Assembly (NCBI RefSeq): GCF_902713615.1
Contig: NC_052168.1
Coordinates: 5,952,001-6,016,000 of the forward strand
Reading direction: 5' to 3'
Length of the DNA stretch: 64,000 nucleotides
Origin: Scyliorhinus canicula
Taxonomy: Eukaryota
Both the position numbers and the translations under genes were made by a program. The notes under the pieces were generated by a model that had not been told where the DNA came from, searched no databases, and saw only the letters and a program-made list of their open reading frames with translations. Positions within the stretch are counted from its first letter, which is position 1. Each line of letters begins with the position of its first letter. Below are positions 1 through 18,269 of this stretch, piece by piece.

Positions 1-173
1 AAAAATTGGACGAACTGCCATTAGAAACTATCTTGTAAATTGTGGGGAGGGAGAGCTTTTTGATGACATTAGCAAGATTTTTATTTGGAACATTCCACAA
101 GCTTGAACTGGGGGAAATTAATTACCACTTTAATCCAACTGTTTGCTGGTGGGATTTCCTTCCTCATCTCCAG

Positions 174-713
<540 letters not shown>

Positions 714-1699
714 CTGGGATTTGGGAAGCCCTGTGGCTAATTTGGTTTTTTCTCTTGCTAAATATGGAAATAAAAATATTTATCAATTTAGCTGTTGTTC
801 TTCATTGGTCAGATACGATTGGGCAGTAATGACTTTTCCACTTCTATATTTCTTGGCTTGTTTACTTCAATTTGCAAGCTTTGTGGGGCTGATTTACTCC
901 ATGGCAAGATTTCTCAAAAGGAGTCAGTTAGTGTACTCTGTGCAGAGGGAGTAAAAGTGGTTTGTTGTGTCCAACCACAAGCTTCTACATCTGTAGTAAG
1001 ACACTTTATTCAATAATTTTAAATGTCTACCTGGGCTCTGGTTGCTATAAGCCAACAATTGTTGCCCTTCCTGTAACCTGGTGAAACACGAAAAACCTGT
1101 CTCAGGCCAGTTGCTTTGTGTCATCTCAATCAATTATCAACATCAGGCCCATAAATTTGTCACAATTGATTTGCACAAACAATCACGCAGGCTTAAGCTG
1201 AACCTTACTCTTCAATGCTATCATTGTAAAACTACTTTCACACTTCACGAGTAAGAGTTGAATTGGCATTCCCATGCCTACTGCCACTTGCCATGCTGCA
1301 GATGAGCCAATTCCCTGAGGTTGGTCTGCAGGTCAGTCTTGTGCTAGTCTAGCCAACACCGTTCAGTTTGGAACACCAACCCCAGCCTCATCTTCCACAC
1401 CTGCCAAATTGTCTGAGTTCCCCTCAAGATTGGCTGTCAAACTGCTTTATATTTGATGCCAACTTGAATTGATCTTCTCAAAAGCCCTTTCACTTTCATC
1501 TGCCAGAGTTTGACCCAGTCACCACATATCCCAATGTGAGGCAGTGAGATCATCCACTCTGGAATGGCAAGATGAATCCGTGTTCTTTTTTAAATAGTGA
1601 GGAGCTCTGGGCTGAGGCAGAAGAGAGATTAATGGGCCCATGCACAGGAAACCAAAAGCTCCTGCGCAGGTACAACAAATAGTTGAAAAAGCAATGGTC

Positions 1700-2686
1700 T
1701 ATGGGCAGATGCCCTAAGCAGGGTTAATACCTCCTCATCGTGTGCCAGGCTCAGCCTGATACAGTTTAAGGCAGTCCACCGGGTGTACATGACAGTGACT
1801 AGGATGAGCAGGTTTTTCGGGGTAGAGGACAGGTGCGCGGGAAGCCCAGCAAATCATGTCCATGTGTTTTGGCCATACCTGAAGCTTAGTGGGTTTTGGC
1901 AGGGTTTTGCTAAGACAATGTCCACGGTGCTAAAAACACGGGTGGTGCCGAGTCCGGGGGTAGCGATCTTTGGAGTATCAGAAGAGCCGGGAGTTCAGAG
2001 GTCAAAAGAGGCTGACGTCTCGGCCTTTGCCTGCCTGGTAGCCCGGAGACGGGTCTTGTTAATGTGGAGGGGCTCGAAGCCCCCGAGTGGAGAGACCTGG
2101 GTTCGTGACATGGCTGGGTTTCTCAGTCTCGAGAAAATAAAGTTCACCTTAAGAGGGTCAATGGTCGGGTTCACCCGGAGGTGGCAGCCGTTTGTCGACT
2201 TTCCCGGAGAAAATTAAAATGTCAGTAGATGCAGAATTCCAGGGGGGTGAGGAGGGGGGGATGAGGGGGGTGGGATGAGGGGGGGAATAGGGGGGAGTGG
2301 GGGATGAGGGGGGAATTGGGGGATGGGGGGGATAGGTGGGGAATTGGGGGGGTGGGGGATGAGGGAGGGTTGAGGAGGGAATTGGGGGTTGGGGAATGGG
2401 GTGGTGGGGACATGGGGGAATGAGGGGGGGTGGGGTGAGGAGGGATGAGGGGGAATGAGGGGGGTGGGGTGAGGAGGGATGAGGGGGGATGGGGGGGATG
2501 AGGAGGGATGGGGGGATGAGGAGGGATGGGGGGAGATGAGGGCCCGCTTGTTTTTTGGGGTGGGTGAAGATTGAGATGGGGGGGGGGGAGAAATGTTTAT
2601 TATACCATTTTGATGTCATTGTCTATGTTATTTTTCTAAAAAATTTCAAATACCTTAATAAAGTTATTTTAAAAAAAAAGAAAAAG
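1700..2686 (+). mobile_element. L1/Tx1-clade LINE 3' fragment (ORF2 C-terminus, G-rich 3'UTR, poly-A)
   Basis: HVFWP...FW...AIFG...ARRRVLLMWR...LEKIKFTLRGS...RRWQPF, typical of fish L1 ORF2 ends; G-rich tract 2240-2590; AATAAA plus A-tail ~2657-2686. Confidence 0.8.
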
Positions 2687-2700
2687 CAATAGAATGATGG

Positions 2701-3293
2701 CACCTTGGGGGGAGGGGGGGTGGGAGTCTCCCAGCCAATTGGCGGCCCCCAGATGGTCGGCCTCTCGGTACCTTGACGCTGCTGCTGGAACTTGGGCACA
2801 CTTGGCACCGTCACCTGGGCACCCTGGCACTGCCAGGAGGCCAGTGGCATGGCCAGGATGGCAGGGGCACTGCCAGGAGGCCAGTGGCACAGCTAGGATG
2901 GCAGGGGCATTGCCAGGGTGGCACTGCCTATGTGTCCGGGTGCCAGGTTGCCCATGCCTGGGATCGGGCCCAGGAGAGCCCTCCCCTGAAGAGGTGGGGT
3001 GAGGGGGGGGGGGGGGGGGGGGGGGTGGGGGTGGGGGGGGGGGGGGTGCTTGGGGAGCCCCTAAGAGGTAGGTTGGGGCAATGTGGATCTGAAGGCCATG
3101 GTGGGCGAGCTGAGCTAGTCAGTGCAGGAAATTAAGGTAAGTGCGGCCTCGGCTGGACGTCCCTCACCGAGGCCAGAAAAGCAGCAGAGTCCCGTTAGAT
3201 AGCGGGGTCGTGCTCGGTGCTGCAGATGCCAAGAAACACCCCACCGTACGTGCCCAAAACGGGACTCTGTTTTTTTTGTGTTAAATCGCGCCC
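2701..3293. mobile_element. GC-rich non-autonomous TIR-type element, left end deleted
   Basis: Ends TTAAATCGCGCCC|TA; internal TGGCACTGCCA/TGCCAGG repeats; a fuller copy lies at 9046-9778. Confidence 0.45.
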
Positions 3294-3377
3294 TATAGAT
3301 TATTGTTAGGTTAGGGGATGAAGGCGTATGGAACCCAAGTCGACACGCGGCACTAAAAATCGGAACAACCATGATAA

Positions 3378-3702
3378 TAATAATAATAATACACTTTATT
3401 GTCACAAGTAGGCTTACATTAACACTACAATGAAGTTACTGTGAAAAGCTCCTAGTCGCCACACTCCTGCACCTGTTCGGGTACACAGAGGGAAAACTCA
3501 GGATGTCCAATTCACCTCACAAGCACGTCTTTCGGGACTTGTGAGAGGAAACCGGAGCACCCGAAGGAAACCCACGCAGACACGGAGAGAACGTGCACGC
3601 ACACGTGCACACTCCGCACAGACAGTGACCCAACCCAGGAATCGAATTTGGGTCCCTGCCGCTTTGAAGGAACAGGGCTAACCACTGCGCTACTGTGCCG
3701 CC
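3378..3702 (-). mobile_element. tRNA-derived V-SINE-like element (tail type 2)
   Basis: tRNA-like head GGCGGCACAGTAGCGCAGTGGTTAGC, V-domain GGGTTTCCTTCGGGTGCTCCGGTTTCCTC, tail GGCGACTAGG...CTACTTGTGACAATAA(TTA)n. Confidence 0.8.
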
Positions 3703-3794
3703 AATTGAATGGCAGAACAGGCTTGATGGGCTGAATGGCCTCCTGTTCCTGTTCCTACATTGCAATCATCCAAATCTGCCTGCTTTCCAAAGCT

Positions 3795-3976
3795 CTGATT
3801 GGCTCCGGATATTGCACTCCACCCCCTCCCCTTTATTAATTGGTGGCCGGATTCATGGACGATTCCTGATTGGCTATCGGGGATTGGCAATCATCATTGG
3901 TGATGTCATTCCCTATTTGCATGCAGGATGTCCCAGTTGTATAAATACAAGAACTCATGGTAGGAAGGCTCAGTTT
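3795..3976 (+). promoter_or_regulatory. Ferritin copy 2 core promoter: five inverted CCAAT boxes, TGATGTCA, octamer, TATA, Inr
   Basis: ATTGG at 3798, 3839, 3869, 3883, 3896; ATTTGCAT 3915-3922; TATAAAT 3940-3946; Inr-like TCAGTT 3970-3975, about 30 bp downstream of TATA. Confidence 0.8.
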
Positions 3977-4014
3977 GAGAACTTTCTAAATAACATTGAG
4001 CAGTAATAGCGAGG

Positions 4015-6431
<2,417 letters not shown>

Positions 6432-7339
6432 CTGGGATTTGGGAAACCCTGTGGCTAATTTAGTTTTTCTCTTGCTAAATATGGAAATAAAAATATTTAT
6501 CAATTTAGCTGTTCTTCATTGGTCAGATAACGAGCAGTAATGACTTTTCCCCTTCTATTTCTTGGCTTGTGTTTACTTCAATTTGCAAGCTTTGTGGGGC
6601 TGTTTTACTCCATGGCAACATTTCTCAGAAGGAGTCAGTTAGTGTATTCAGTGCAGAGGGAGTAAAAGTGGTTTGTTGTGTCCAACCACAAGCTTCTACA
6701 TCTGTAATAAGACACTTTATTCAATAATTTTAAATGTCTACCTGGGCTCTGGCTGCTATAACCCAACAATTGTTGCCCTTCCTGTAACATGAAAAACCTG
6801 TCTCATGCCAGTTGCTTTGAGTCATCTCAATCAATTATCAACATCAGGCCTATAAATTTGTCACAATTGATTTGCACCAACAATCACGCAGGCTTAAGCT
6901 GAACCTTGCTCTTCAATGCCATCATTGTAAAACTCCTTTTGCTACCGATGAGCCAATTCCCTGAGGTTGGTCTGCAGGTCAGTCTTGTGCTATCCTAGCC
7001 AACACCGTTCAGTTTGGAACACCAACCCCTGCCTGATCTTCCACACCCTGCCAAATTGTCTATGAATTCCCCTCAAGATTAACTGTCAACCTGCTTTATG
7101 TTTGCTGCCATCTTGAATTGATCTTCTCAAAAGCCCTTTGACCTCCATCTGCCCGGGTTTGACCCAGTCACCACATATCCCGAAGTGAGATCATCCACTC
7201 CGGAATGGCAAGATGAATCCGTGTTCTTTTTTAAGTAGTGAGGAGCTCTGGGCTGAGGCAGTAGAGAGATTAATGGGCCCATGCACAGGAAACCAAAAGC
7301 TCCTGCGCAGGTACAACAAATAGTTGAAAAAGCAATGGT

Positions 7340-8262
7340 CTAGGGGTGGATGCCCTAAGCAGGGTTAATACCTCCTCATCGTGTGCCAGGCTCAGCCTGA
7401 TACAGTTTAAGGTAGTCCACCGGGCGTACATGACTAGGATGAGCAGGTTTTTCGGGATAGAGGACAGGTGCGCGGGAAGCCCAGCAAATAATGTCCACGG
7501 GTTTTGCTAAGGCAATGTCCACGGTGCTAAAAACACGGGTGGTAGCGACCTTTGGAGTGTCAGAAGAGCCGGGAGTTCAGAGGTCAAAAGAGGCTGACGT
7601 CTCGGCCTTTGCCTGCCTGGTAGCCCGGAGACGGGTCTTATTAATGTGGAGGGACTCAAAGCCCCCGAGTGTAGAGACCTGGGTTAGTGACATGGCTGGG
7701 TTTCTCAGTCTCGAGAAGATGAAGTTCGCCTTAAGAGGGTCAATGGTCGGGTTCACCCGGAGGTGGCAGCCGTTCGTCAACTTTCTCGGAGAAAATTAAA
7801 ATGTCAGCAGATGCAGAATTCCAGGGGGGGTGAGGGGGTAATTGGGGGAGGGAGGGATGAGGGGGGGGAATTGGGGGGAGTGGGGGATGAGGAGGGGGAG
7901 ATGAGGGGGTGGGATGAGGGGGGAAATTGGGGGATGGGGGATAGGTGGGAAATTAGGGGAGGGAGGGTTGAGGGGGGAATTGGGGGGGTGGGGAATGGGG
8001 TGTTGGGGACATGGGGGAATGAGGCGGGTGGGGTGAGGGGGGATGAGGGAGGGATGAGGGGGGATGAGGGGGGATGGGGAGATGAGGGGGAGGGATGAGG
8101 GGGGGTGGGCAGAGATGAGGGCCCGCTTGTTGTTGGGGTGGGTGAAGATTGAGATGGGGGGGGAGAATTGATTATTATACCATTTTGATGTCATTGTCTA
8201 TATTATTTTTCAAAAAATTTTCAAATACCTTAATAAAGTTATTTGTTTTAAAAAGAAAAAGC
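7340..8262 (+). mobile_element. L1/Tx1-clade LINE 3' fragment (duplicate of 1700-2686)
   Basis: Paralogous copy within the tandem duplication, with small internal deletions. Confidence 0.8.
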
Positions 8263-8282
8263 AAATGGAATGATGGATCATA

Positions 8283-8630
8283 TAATTTACAGTGCATAAA
8301 GAGGCCATTCAGCCCATTGAGTCTGCATCAGCCCTTGGAAAGAGCACCCTACGTAGGTCCACACCTCCACCCTATCCCTGTAACCTAGTAACGCCACCCA
8401 ACGTTTTCTTTGGACACTAAGGGGCAATTTAGCATGGCCAATCCACCGAACCCGCACATCTTTGGAATGTGGGAGGAAACCGGAGCACCCGGAGGAAACC
8501 CACGCAGACACGGGGAGAACGAGCAGACTCCGCACAGACAGTGACCCAAGCCGGGAATCGAACCTGGCGCCCTGGTGCTGTGAAGCAACTGTGACGCAAC
8601 TGTGCTAACCACTGTGCAACCGTGCAGCCC
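8283..8630 (-). mobile_element. HE1-like V-SINE
   Basis: tRNA head, V-domain, CR1-type tail (GGCTGAATGGCCTC...GCACTGTAAATT). Confidence 0.82.
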
Positions 8631-9045
8631 TTGTTTGGGATGTAAAGTGATGGAGATTTTTGCTACAGTTGTGTAAATCTCTGCCTGACATCTGAAGAGC
8701 TGCATTCAGTTCTGATCATTTAACTTTGGAGGAGATGTAGCAGATTCTCCGGAACGACACCAGAGCTAAACAGGTTTAATGATGAGGACAATTTGCATAG
8801 TTGCAATCCTTTGTGTATTAAAGATAAAGGGATGATTAATGTATATAGTTAGGTAGATAGCCAGAGGCTATTTCCTCTTGGACATTGTCTATTCTCTGAA
8901 GGTTGCATATTGACCATTTCTTCACAAAGGAACAGACCACTTTATGGGGCCACCGCTGCAAAATGCTGATATCAAACAAATATTTCAGAATGGAGACTGT
9001 GGACACGATACAATGACCTCGTCGTGCCTGACTTGGTGATGTAAT

Positions 9046-9778
9046 GGGGCCATTTAATCTTGCTCCGGAACGCCTCGTGAGATTTAACAAAATCTTTCGA
9101 GGCGTTGCAATCTGGGTTTGGTCCAGATTAACACACTTAATGAGCAATTGGGCTTATTTGAATCTGTCGATGCTGCATTCTCCCATGGCCCGGGACCTAA
9201 CGGCCATGCCTGGGACACCTCGTCATGGCCCTGTTTAGTATTGGTCCATACAAACATGGCACCTGGGGGGGGAGGCTCCCAGCCCATTGGAGGCCCCCAG
9301 ATGGTCGGCCTCTCGGTACCTTGACGCTCCTGCTGGCACTTGGCACTGCCACCTGGGCACCCTGGCACTGCCAGGAGGCCAGTGGCACAGCCAGGATGGC
9401 AGGGGCATTGCCAGGGTGGCACTGCCTATGTGTCCAGGTGCCAGGTTGCCCATGCCTGGGATCGGGCCCAGGAGAGCCCTCCCCTGAAGAGGTGGGGTGA
9501 GGGTGGAGGGGGGGGGGGGGGGGTAAAGGGGTGCTTGGGGAGCCCCTAAGAGGTAGGTTGGGGCAATGGGGGTCTGAAGGCCACGGTGGGCGAGCTGAGC
9601 TAGTCAGTGCAGGAAATTAAGGTAAGTGCGGCCTCGGCTGGACGTCCCTCACCGAGGCCAGAAAAGCAGCAGAGTCCCGTTAGATAGCGGGGTCGTGCTC
9701 GGTGCTGCAGATGCCAAGAAGCACCCCACCGTACGTGCCCAAAACGGGACTTTGTTTTTTTCATGTTAAATCGCGCCC
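9046..9778. mobile_element. GC-rich non-autonomous TIR-type (MITE-like) element
   Basis: Right end TTAAATCGCGCCC followed by TA; degenerate left end GGGGCCATTTAA; no coding capacity. Confidence 0.45.
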
Positions 9779-9857
9779 TATAGATTATTGTTAGGTAAGG
9801 GGATGAAGGCGTATGGAACCCAAGTGGACACGCGGCACTAAAAATCGGAACAACCAT

Positions 9858-10172
9858 GATAATAATAATAATACACTTTATTGTCACAAGTAGGCTTACA
9901 TTAACACTACAATGAAGTTACTGTGAAAAGCCCCTAGTCGCCACACTCCGGCGCCTGTTCGGGTACACAGAGGGAGAATTCAGAATGTCCAATTCACCTA
10001 ACAAGCAGGTCTTTCGGGACTTGTGAGAGGAAACCGGAGCACCCGAAGGAAACCCACGCAGACACGGAGAGAACGTGCACACTCCGCACAGACAGTGACC
10101 CCAAGCCAGGGATCGAATTTGGGTCCCTGGCGCTTTGAAGGAACAGGGCTAACCACTGTGCTACCGTGCCGC
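9858..10172 (-). mobile_element. V-SINE-like element (tail type 2), duplicate of 3378-3702
   Basis: Same head, V-domain and tail. Confidence 0.8.
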
Positions 10173-10264
10173 CAATTGAATGGCAGAACAGGCTTGATGG
10201 GCTGAATGGCCTCCTCCTCCTGTTCCAACATTGCAATCATCCAAATCCGCCTGCTTTTCAAAGC

Positions 10265-10442
10265 TCTGATTAGCTCCGGATATTGCACCCCCTCCCCTTT
10301 ATTAATTGGTGGCCGGATTGATGGCTGATTCCTGATTGGCTATCGGGGATTGGCAATCATCATTGGTGATGTCATTCCCTATTTGCATGCAGGATGTCCC
10401 AGTTGTATAAATACAAGAGCTCATGGTAGGAAGGCTCAGTTT
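10265..10442 (+). promoter_or_regulatory. Ferritin copy 3 core promoter (CCAAT boxes, octamer, TATA, Inr)
   Basis: Near-identical to the copy 2 promoter; ATTTGCAT 10381-10388, TATAAAT 10406-10412. Confidence 0.8.
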
Positions 10443-10480
10443 GAGAACCTTCTAAGTAACATTGAGCAGTAATAGTGAGG

Positions 10481-12723
<2,243 letters not shown>

Positions 12724-13247
12724 ACTGAGTGGTGGGGGGGAGAAGCTTATAGTATCATATTTATCACTTGAGACCTTCGGACCTGCCAGTTTGTAATGTT
12801 GCTGAACCAGGGCTCCATGGAAATGTAGAAACTCTAAATAAATACTTCATTCGGTGATTTTTGGCTCAAGTGTATAGCTGCTTGTTTGGGGGGGGGGGGG
12901 GGGGCTGTTGGTGATGCTTATTCTTTTGCACCAGTGGCAACTCTTTTCTAACCATTAGCTGTTGTGAATATTTTTCAGTGGTGGTATAAAATTATCAGCT
13001 CAAAATCAAACCTATTTTTGCTGTGGATAGATTTGTATCCATGTTCACTGAATTGTTGGCAAGGTTCCCTGGCTAGGAGGAATGAGTCTCAGAAAATAGG
13101 AGGCCCTTCAAGCCTGCTCGACCATTAATTTATGATTAATGCTGATCATGCAACTCAGTAGCCTAATTGTGCTCCACATACAATGTTTTGGCCTCCAGTA
13201 CTGCAGTAACAAATTCCACAGGCCGATCACTTTGTTTTTGACCTCAA

Positions 13248-13560
13248 AGGGCAGCACAGTAGCATAGTGGTTAGCACAATCGCTTCACAGCTCCAGGGTC
13301 CCAGGTTCGATTCCGGCTTGGGTCACTGTCTGTGCGGAGTCTGCAAATCCTCACCGTGTGTGTGGGTTTCCTCCGGGTGCTCCGGTTTCCTTCCACAGTC
13401 CAAAGATGTGCGGGTTAGGTGGATTGGCCATGATAAATTGCCCTTTGTGTCCAACTTTAGGTGGGGTTTCTGGGTTGTGGGTGTAGGGGTGCTCTTTCCA
13501 AGGGCCAGTGCAGACTTGATGGGCCAAATGGCCTCTTTCTGCACTGTAAATTCTATGATC
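13248..13560 (+). mobile_element. HE1-like V-SINE
   Basis: GGGCAGCACAGTAGCATAGTGGTTAGC...GGTTCGATTCC (A/B boxes), V-domain, CR1 tail. Confidence 0.85.
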
Positions 13561-13823
13561 CAGAAAGGGTACAATTATCCTGAGAAAGCCAGAGACTTGT
13601 GTCACTGACAGGGTAGAAGAACACTAAGACAATAACTAACACTGCATTAATTCCAAACAATCAACTCAATGTTCCTCAACACCTTGGATAAGATTTGTAA
13701 ATATCTATTTTAACTGTTACTGCCAGTGATCTTTTTAAAACTCCTGGTTCCTTCTCAAATGGAAGTTCCTTCACTCTGCTTACTGCGGCCAATATGCCAT
13801 TCAGTAGTCCATTAAACACATCT

Positions 13824-14140
13824 GGGGCAGCATGGTAGCATTGTGGATAGCACAATCGCTTCACAGCTCCAGTTTCAATTCCGGCTTGGGTCCTGTCTGT
13901 GCGGAGTCTGCACGTTCTCCCGGTGTGTGGGTTTGCTCCGGTTTTCTCCCACAGTCCAAAGATGTGCAGGTTAGATGGATTGGCCATGATAAATTGCCCT
14001 TAGTGTCCAAAATTGCCCTTAGTGTTGGGTTGGGTTATGGGGATAGGGTGAAGGTGTTGACCTTGGGTGGGGTGCTCTTTCCAAGAGCCGGGGCAGACTC
14101 GATGGGCCGAATGGCCTCCTTCTGCACTGTAAATTCTATA
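13824..14140 (+). mobile_element. HE1-like V-SINE
   Basis: Same family signature. Confidence 0.85.
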
Positions 14141-14378
14141 AAATGGTCTGCCTCAGACATTTCCCCTGCCCTCATTCTCCTGAACTAACTGATTCAATCT
14201 CTCCTCGTATGTCTGTCCCACCTATCAGGAATCAGTCTGGTAAATCTTCATTGCACTCCCTCTCGAGCAAGAACATCCTTCCTTCGATAAGGAAACCAAA
14301 ACTGTGCACAATATTCCAGGTGTGACCTCATGAAGGCACTGTGTATTTGTAGTACGACATCCCTTCTCCTGTACTCCA

Positions 14379-14736
14379 TGTCATAATATACACCAATATA
14401 TCATGGTGTGGACACACACAGGGACCAATCAACATGTACAAACACTGCAGCCAATCACCAGTTAGAATACACACACTATAAAGGCAGTGGGCACCACGGT
14501 TCAGCTTTTTCTGGGTGCTGCCTCTCAGTGTAACAAGAACTCATCCAGCCCAGCACGGAGTCACACCACGTGCTGAGAGAATCTACTGGTTCGGACAAGG
14601 CTTAAGTCTCTAGTTTAAGTTAGCATCACTTAGACCCACAGTCATCGTTAGTTAGTAGTAGTTAATAAAATTGAGTTGAACCTTCAGTGTTGGAAGTGTC
14701 TGTTCATCTCTCAAGTCTACACTAGCCAACACTTCA
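14379..14736 (+). mobile_element. Solo LTR inserted in a CR1 fragment
   Basis: TG...CA ends, internal CCAAT, TATAAA and AATAAA; interrupts the CR1 sequence CTCCTGTACT|CAAATCCTCTCACTATGAAGGCC; imperfect TSD. Confidence 0.65.
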
Positions 14737-15041
14737 TTCAAATCCTCTCACTATGAAGGCCAATACACCATTCTCCCTTTCTGCCTGGGCTATATTCAGT
14801 ATGCAAAGGATGTCAATGTGGTGATTATCGCATTAATGGTAACATAGAGTAGGGGTCACCTGGTCTGAATGGCCAATTAGGACTCCAGTGGGGAGTTACA
14901 CAAGGGTGAGGATTCTCAGATATTTTATTAAAAGCTGTAAACATGTTGTTGCTTTTGTGGATCCTTGTAGGCAATTTAGCCTCCCAAGCATAAACCCTTT
15001 CAAAGTCTGAGGGAAAAAGTGGGAAAAATATACTCCTCAAA

Positions 15042-15520
15042 ATGCCTTTCCTTACGCAATTAGACCATTTTGATTCCTTCATGGAGGACTGGATATAATA
15101 GATCGAGTGCCTCGGATATTGTTTCCAAGCAAGCAAAATAGGGAAGTAGGCGAAACACAAATCAATTCCCCTTAGTGCTTTGTGGAAGTCAGATCTATAA
15201 TCCTTATTCGCAGTCTTACAGCCCCAAGCAGCTCAATTCAATCATTTAGTGATGGCTCAATTGCAGCCTCAAGAAATTCAAATTTAATTCCAAGGTGAGT
15301 AGGTGCATCAATCACAGCTTGCATTGCTAAACTGAAGCAATTATCTGCGTGTTGTGGTTTTTGAGCGACTCTAAATGACATGTTATGGGATAGGTTAGTC
15401 TGTGGTATGAACAACGGTGCTGTTCAGAGCATATTGGTTACAGAGGTCAATAGAGATAGTGCTGGCCATGGAAAGCACTGGCAAAGGTGCACATGATCTG
15501 CAAGGGCGCACAAAATGGCT
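15042..15520 (+). mobile_element. Decayed Ty3/Gypsy gag fragment
   Basis: Frames read MPFLTQLDHFDSFMEDWI**IECLGYCF and GASITACIAKLKQLSACCGF*ATLNDMLWDRLVCGMNNGAVQSILVTE, matching the Gypsy gag pattern E...LxxLAxxCxF...LRDRLVCG. Confidence 0.7.
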
Positions 15521-15685
15521 CAGTTTACCACTTGTGCATTTTACAACATTGATGATACAACTCCCGTAGTATCGGCTATCCTTTCCTTTTCCCAATCTCT
15601 CTCTTCCAAGGGCAATGCTTGATGTCTGACATCTAGTTAAACCACCATCAGTCTGTATACAACAAGACACCAAAACTGCAGTATA

Positions 15686-16008
15686 GATTCATAGAATCTA
15701 CAGTGCAGAAGGAGGCCATTCGGCCCATTGAGTCTGCACTGGCTCTTGAAAAGAGCACCCTACTCACCTCCACCCTATCCCCATAGCCCAGCAACCTCAC
15801 CCAACACTAAGCGCAATTTAGCATGGCCAATCCACCTAACCTGCACATCTTTGGACTGTGGGAGGAAACCGGAGCACCCGGAGGAAACCCATGCACACAC
15901 GGGAAGAATGTGCAGACTCCGCACAGACAGTGACCCAAGCCGGGAATTGAACCTGAGACCCTGGAACTGTGAAGCAATTGTGCTAACCACAATGCTACCG
16001 TGCTGCCC
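15686..16008 (-). mobile_element. HE1-like V-SINE
   Basis: Family signature on the minus strand. Confidence 0.85.
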
Positions 16009-16435
16009 TTAAACTATGTCCCCTTGTGACAGCCATTTCCGCCCTGGGGAAAAGTCTCTGGCTATCCACGCCTCTCCATGCCATTAGTGAACCAGATGGG
16101 TTTTTCCGACTATCACCAATGGTTTCATGGTCATCATTTGACTTTTAATTCCAAATATTTTATTGAGTTTTAGTTCCATCAGCTGCCGTGGAAGGATTCG
16201 AACCCAGGTCCCCAGATTATTATCTCGGGTATCTGGATTACTAGTCCAGTGACAATACCACTACACCACCGCCTCCCCATCTTAAACATATTAACGATGT
16301 TCCCCTTCAGAGTTTGGTATATTCCAGATAGATCAATAGTGCTTATAATTAACTTCCCTGTGTTCCAGTATCACTGTTACAGACATCCTCTAGCTCATAA
16401 TCTAATACTAACTACATTATTTTATATAATCCACT

Positions 16436-17020
16436 GGGGTCGACACGGTAGCACAGTGGTTATCACTGTTGCTTCACAGCGTCAGGGTCCCAGGTTCAAT
16501 TACCGCTTGGGTCACTGTTTGTGCAGAGTCTCCACGTTCTCCCCGTGTCTGCATGGGTTTCCTCCGGGTGCTCCGGTTTCCTCCCACAAGCCCCGAAAGA
16601 CATGTTTGTTCGGTGAATTGGACATTCTGAATTCTCCCTCGGTGTACCCGAACAGGCGCCAGAGTGTGGGGACTAGGGAATTTTCACAGTAACTTCATTG
16701 CAGTGTTAATGTAAGCCTACTTGTGACTCTAATAAAGTTACTGTGCTCCACGCCATTGAGAGAGTGGAAATTCATTTGCAAATGCATCGACCTCTGAAAT
16801 ATCTTTTGAAAAGGGGCTGCATAGTCCAAAGATGTGCAGGTTAGGTGGATTGGCCATGCTAAGTTGCCCTCAGGGTCCAAATTGCCCTTTAGTGTTAGGT
16901 GGGGTTACTGGGTTATGGGGATAGGGTGGAGGTGTGAGCTTGGTTAGGGTGTTCTTTCCAAGAGCCGGTGCAGACTCGATGGGCTGAATGGCCTCCTTCT
17001 GCACTGTAAAATTCTATGAA
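16436..17020 (+). mobile_element. V-SINE (tail type 2, 16436-16737) followed by a 5'-truncated HE1-like SINE (16822-17020)
   Basis: Family signatures. Confidence 0.8.
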
Positions 17021-17764
17021 TCGGTGATTTGGAGATGTGTAGCTCTGTTAGCTGTCTCACCCAAATCCCACCGCGTCATTCCACTCCGAGCGGAGGACTG
17101 CTCCTGCATATTCTCCACCCCAGCACCCTCATCTTTCATCTGGTCCTCTGGTGGAGATGAAGGTCCCTGGGGCAGAGCTCTTTCTGTCGGAGCACTCCCC
17201 TTGTTCCAAATCGCAGGGCGAGGGCCCGTGTTTCACGTGCATGCGCGGTCCCACAGGCCGCAGCCTGTCTTCAGAAGTTTGGCTGGTTTCTTCTCTCATT
17301 CTGGCTGCACTTTCAGACCCACCCACCTTATCTTTGGCTCCCCTGATATGGAGGGAAGTGGGCCGGTCAGAGAACCTCCTCACAGGTCTCCCCCTGGACT
17401 TGCACGACCAACTCAAGGACTGAGAGAGCATGGCTCATGGCGGAGCTGACTCAGGCCTACCTCTCCCACAGGCATACTCAAACCCGCATGCCCCCAGAGA
17501 GGCAGTGCAGTGTTCATCAACCCCCAGAGGGACAGGGAAGAAAATTATAAAATTATAATTAAAATTATAATTTGAAACACCGTTATTTAAATTTTTAGCA
17601 TCATTAAGAACTCATTGCTGGTACTTTTTGAAAACCGGGGCTTCAGGACTTAAGTGTCTCCGATTGAGGATTTAATGATTCTAATTGATTAATTAGCAGT
17701 GTTGAGATGTGTTATCAGATTCAATTTGTGGTCATTCATTCAAAGAATCGAACAGCAATTACAT

Positions 17765-17950
17765 CAGACCCCCTCCCCCTCACATTGATTAATTGGTGCC
17801 TGGCTTTCATGACCAATTACTGATTAGCTATAATTGGTGACCGATTACTGATTGGCTATCAGGGATTGTCAATCATCATTGGTGTAGTCATTCCCTGTTT
17901 AAATGTCCCAGTTGTATAAATACAAGAGCTTGTGTTGGGAAGAGTCAGTT
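17765..17950 (+). promoter_or_regulatory. Ferritin copy 4 core promoter (CCAAT boxes, TATA, Inr; no octamer)
   Basis: Several ATTGG/CCAAT, TATAAAT 17915-17921, TCAGTT ~17944-17949; alignable to the copy 2/3 promoters but the octamer segment is altered/shortened. Confidence 0.75.
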
Positions 17951-18269
17951 CTAGAACTTTCTAGGTGACAGTAGCAGCAGCAAAGATGGCCTCCCAAGTG
18001 CGTCAGAACTACCACAAGGACTGTGAGGATGCTGTTAACAAGCAGATCAACCTGGAGCTCTATTCCTCCTATGTTTACCTCTCCATGGTGAGTTTTCTTT
18101 ATTTTTGGGGGTCTTGGTTCAAAGTTTGGCCTGTGGCATCCATTGTATGCAAGTGGTTGGCATTCCCTTTGGGTGTCATTTGGGTCCTAAAGTATCTCTG
18201 TAGCCCAGTTTTAACATATATGTTTAAGAACACTTAACTTCATTCACCTCTGTTTGTTACCCATTCTGA

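Noticed and set aside
13248-13330. tRNA-like sequences with A/B boxes (many copies)
   Set aside because: They are SINE heads continuing into the V-domain and LINE tail, not standalone tRNA genes
17030-17530. GC-richer segment with 90-150-aa ORFs upstream of ferritin copy 4
   Set aside because: No recognisable protein motif or splice structure; probably a decayed retroelement piece, not assignable
17690-17710. CAGTGT as a possible IRE loop upstream of ferritin copy 4
   Set aside because: Flanks do not base-pair into an IRE stem, and it lies upstream of the TATA/Inr
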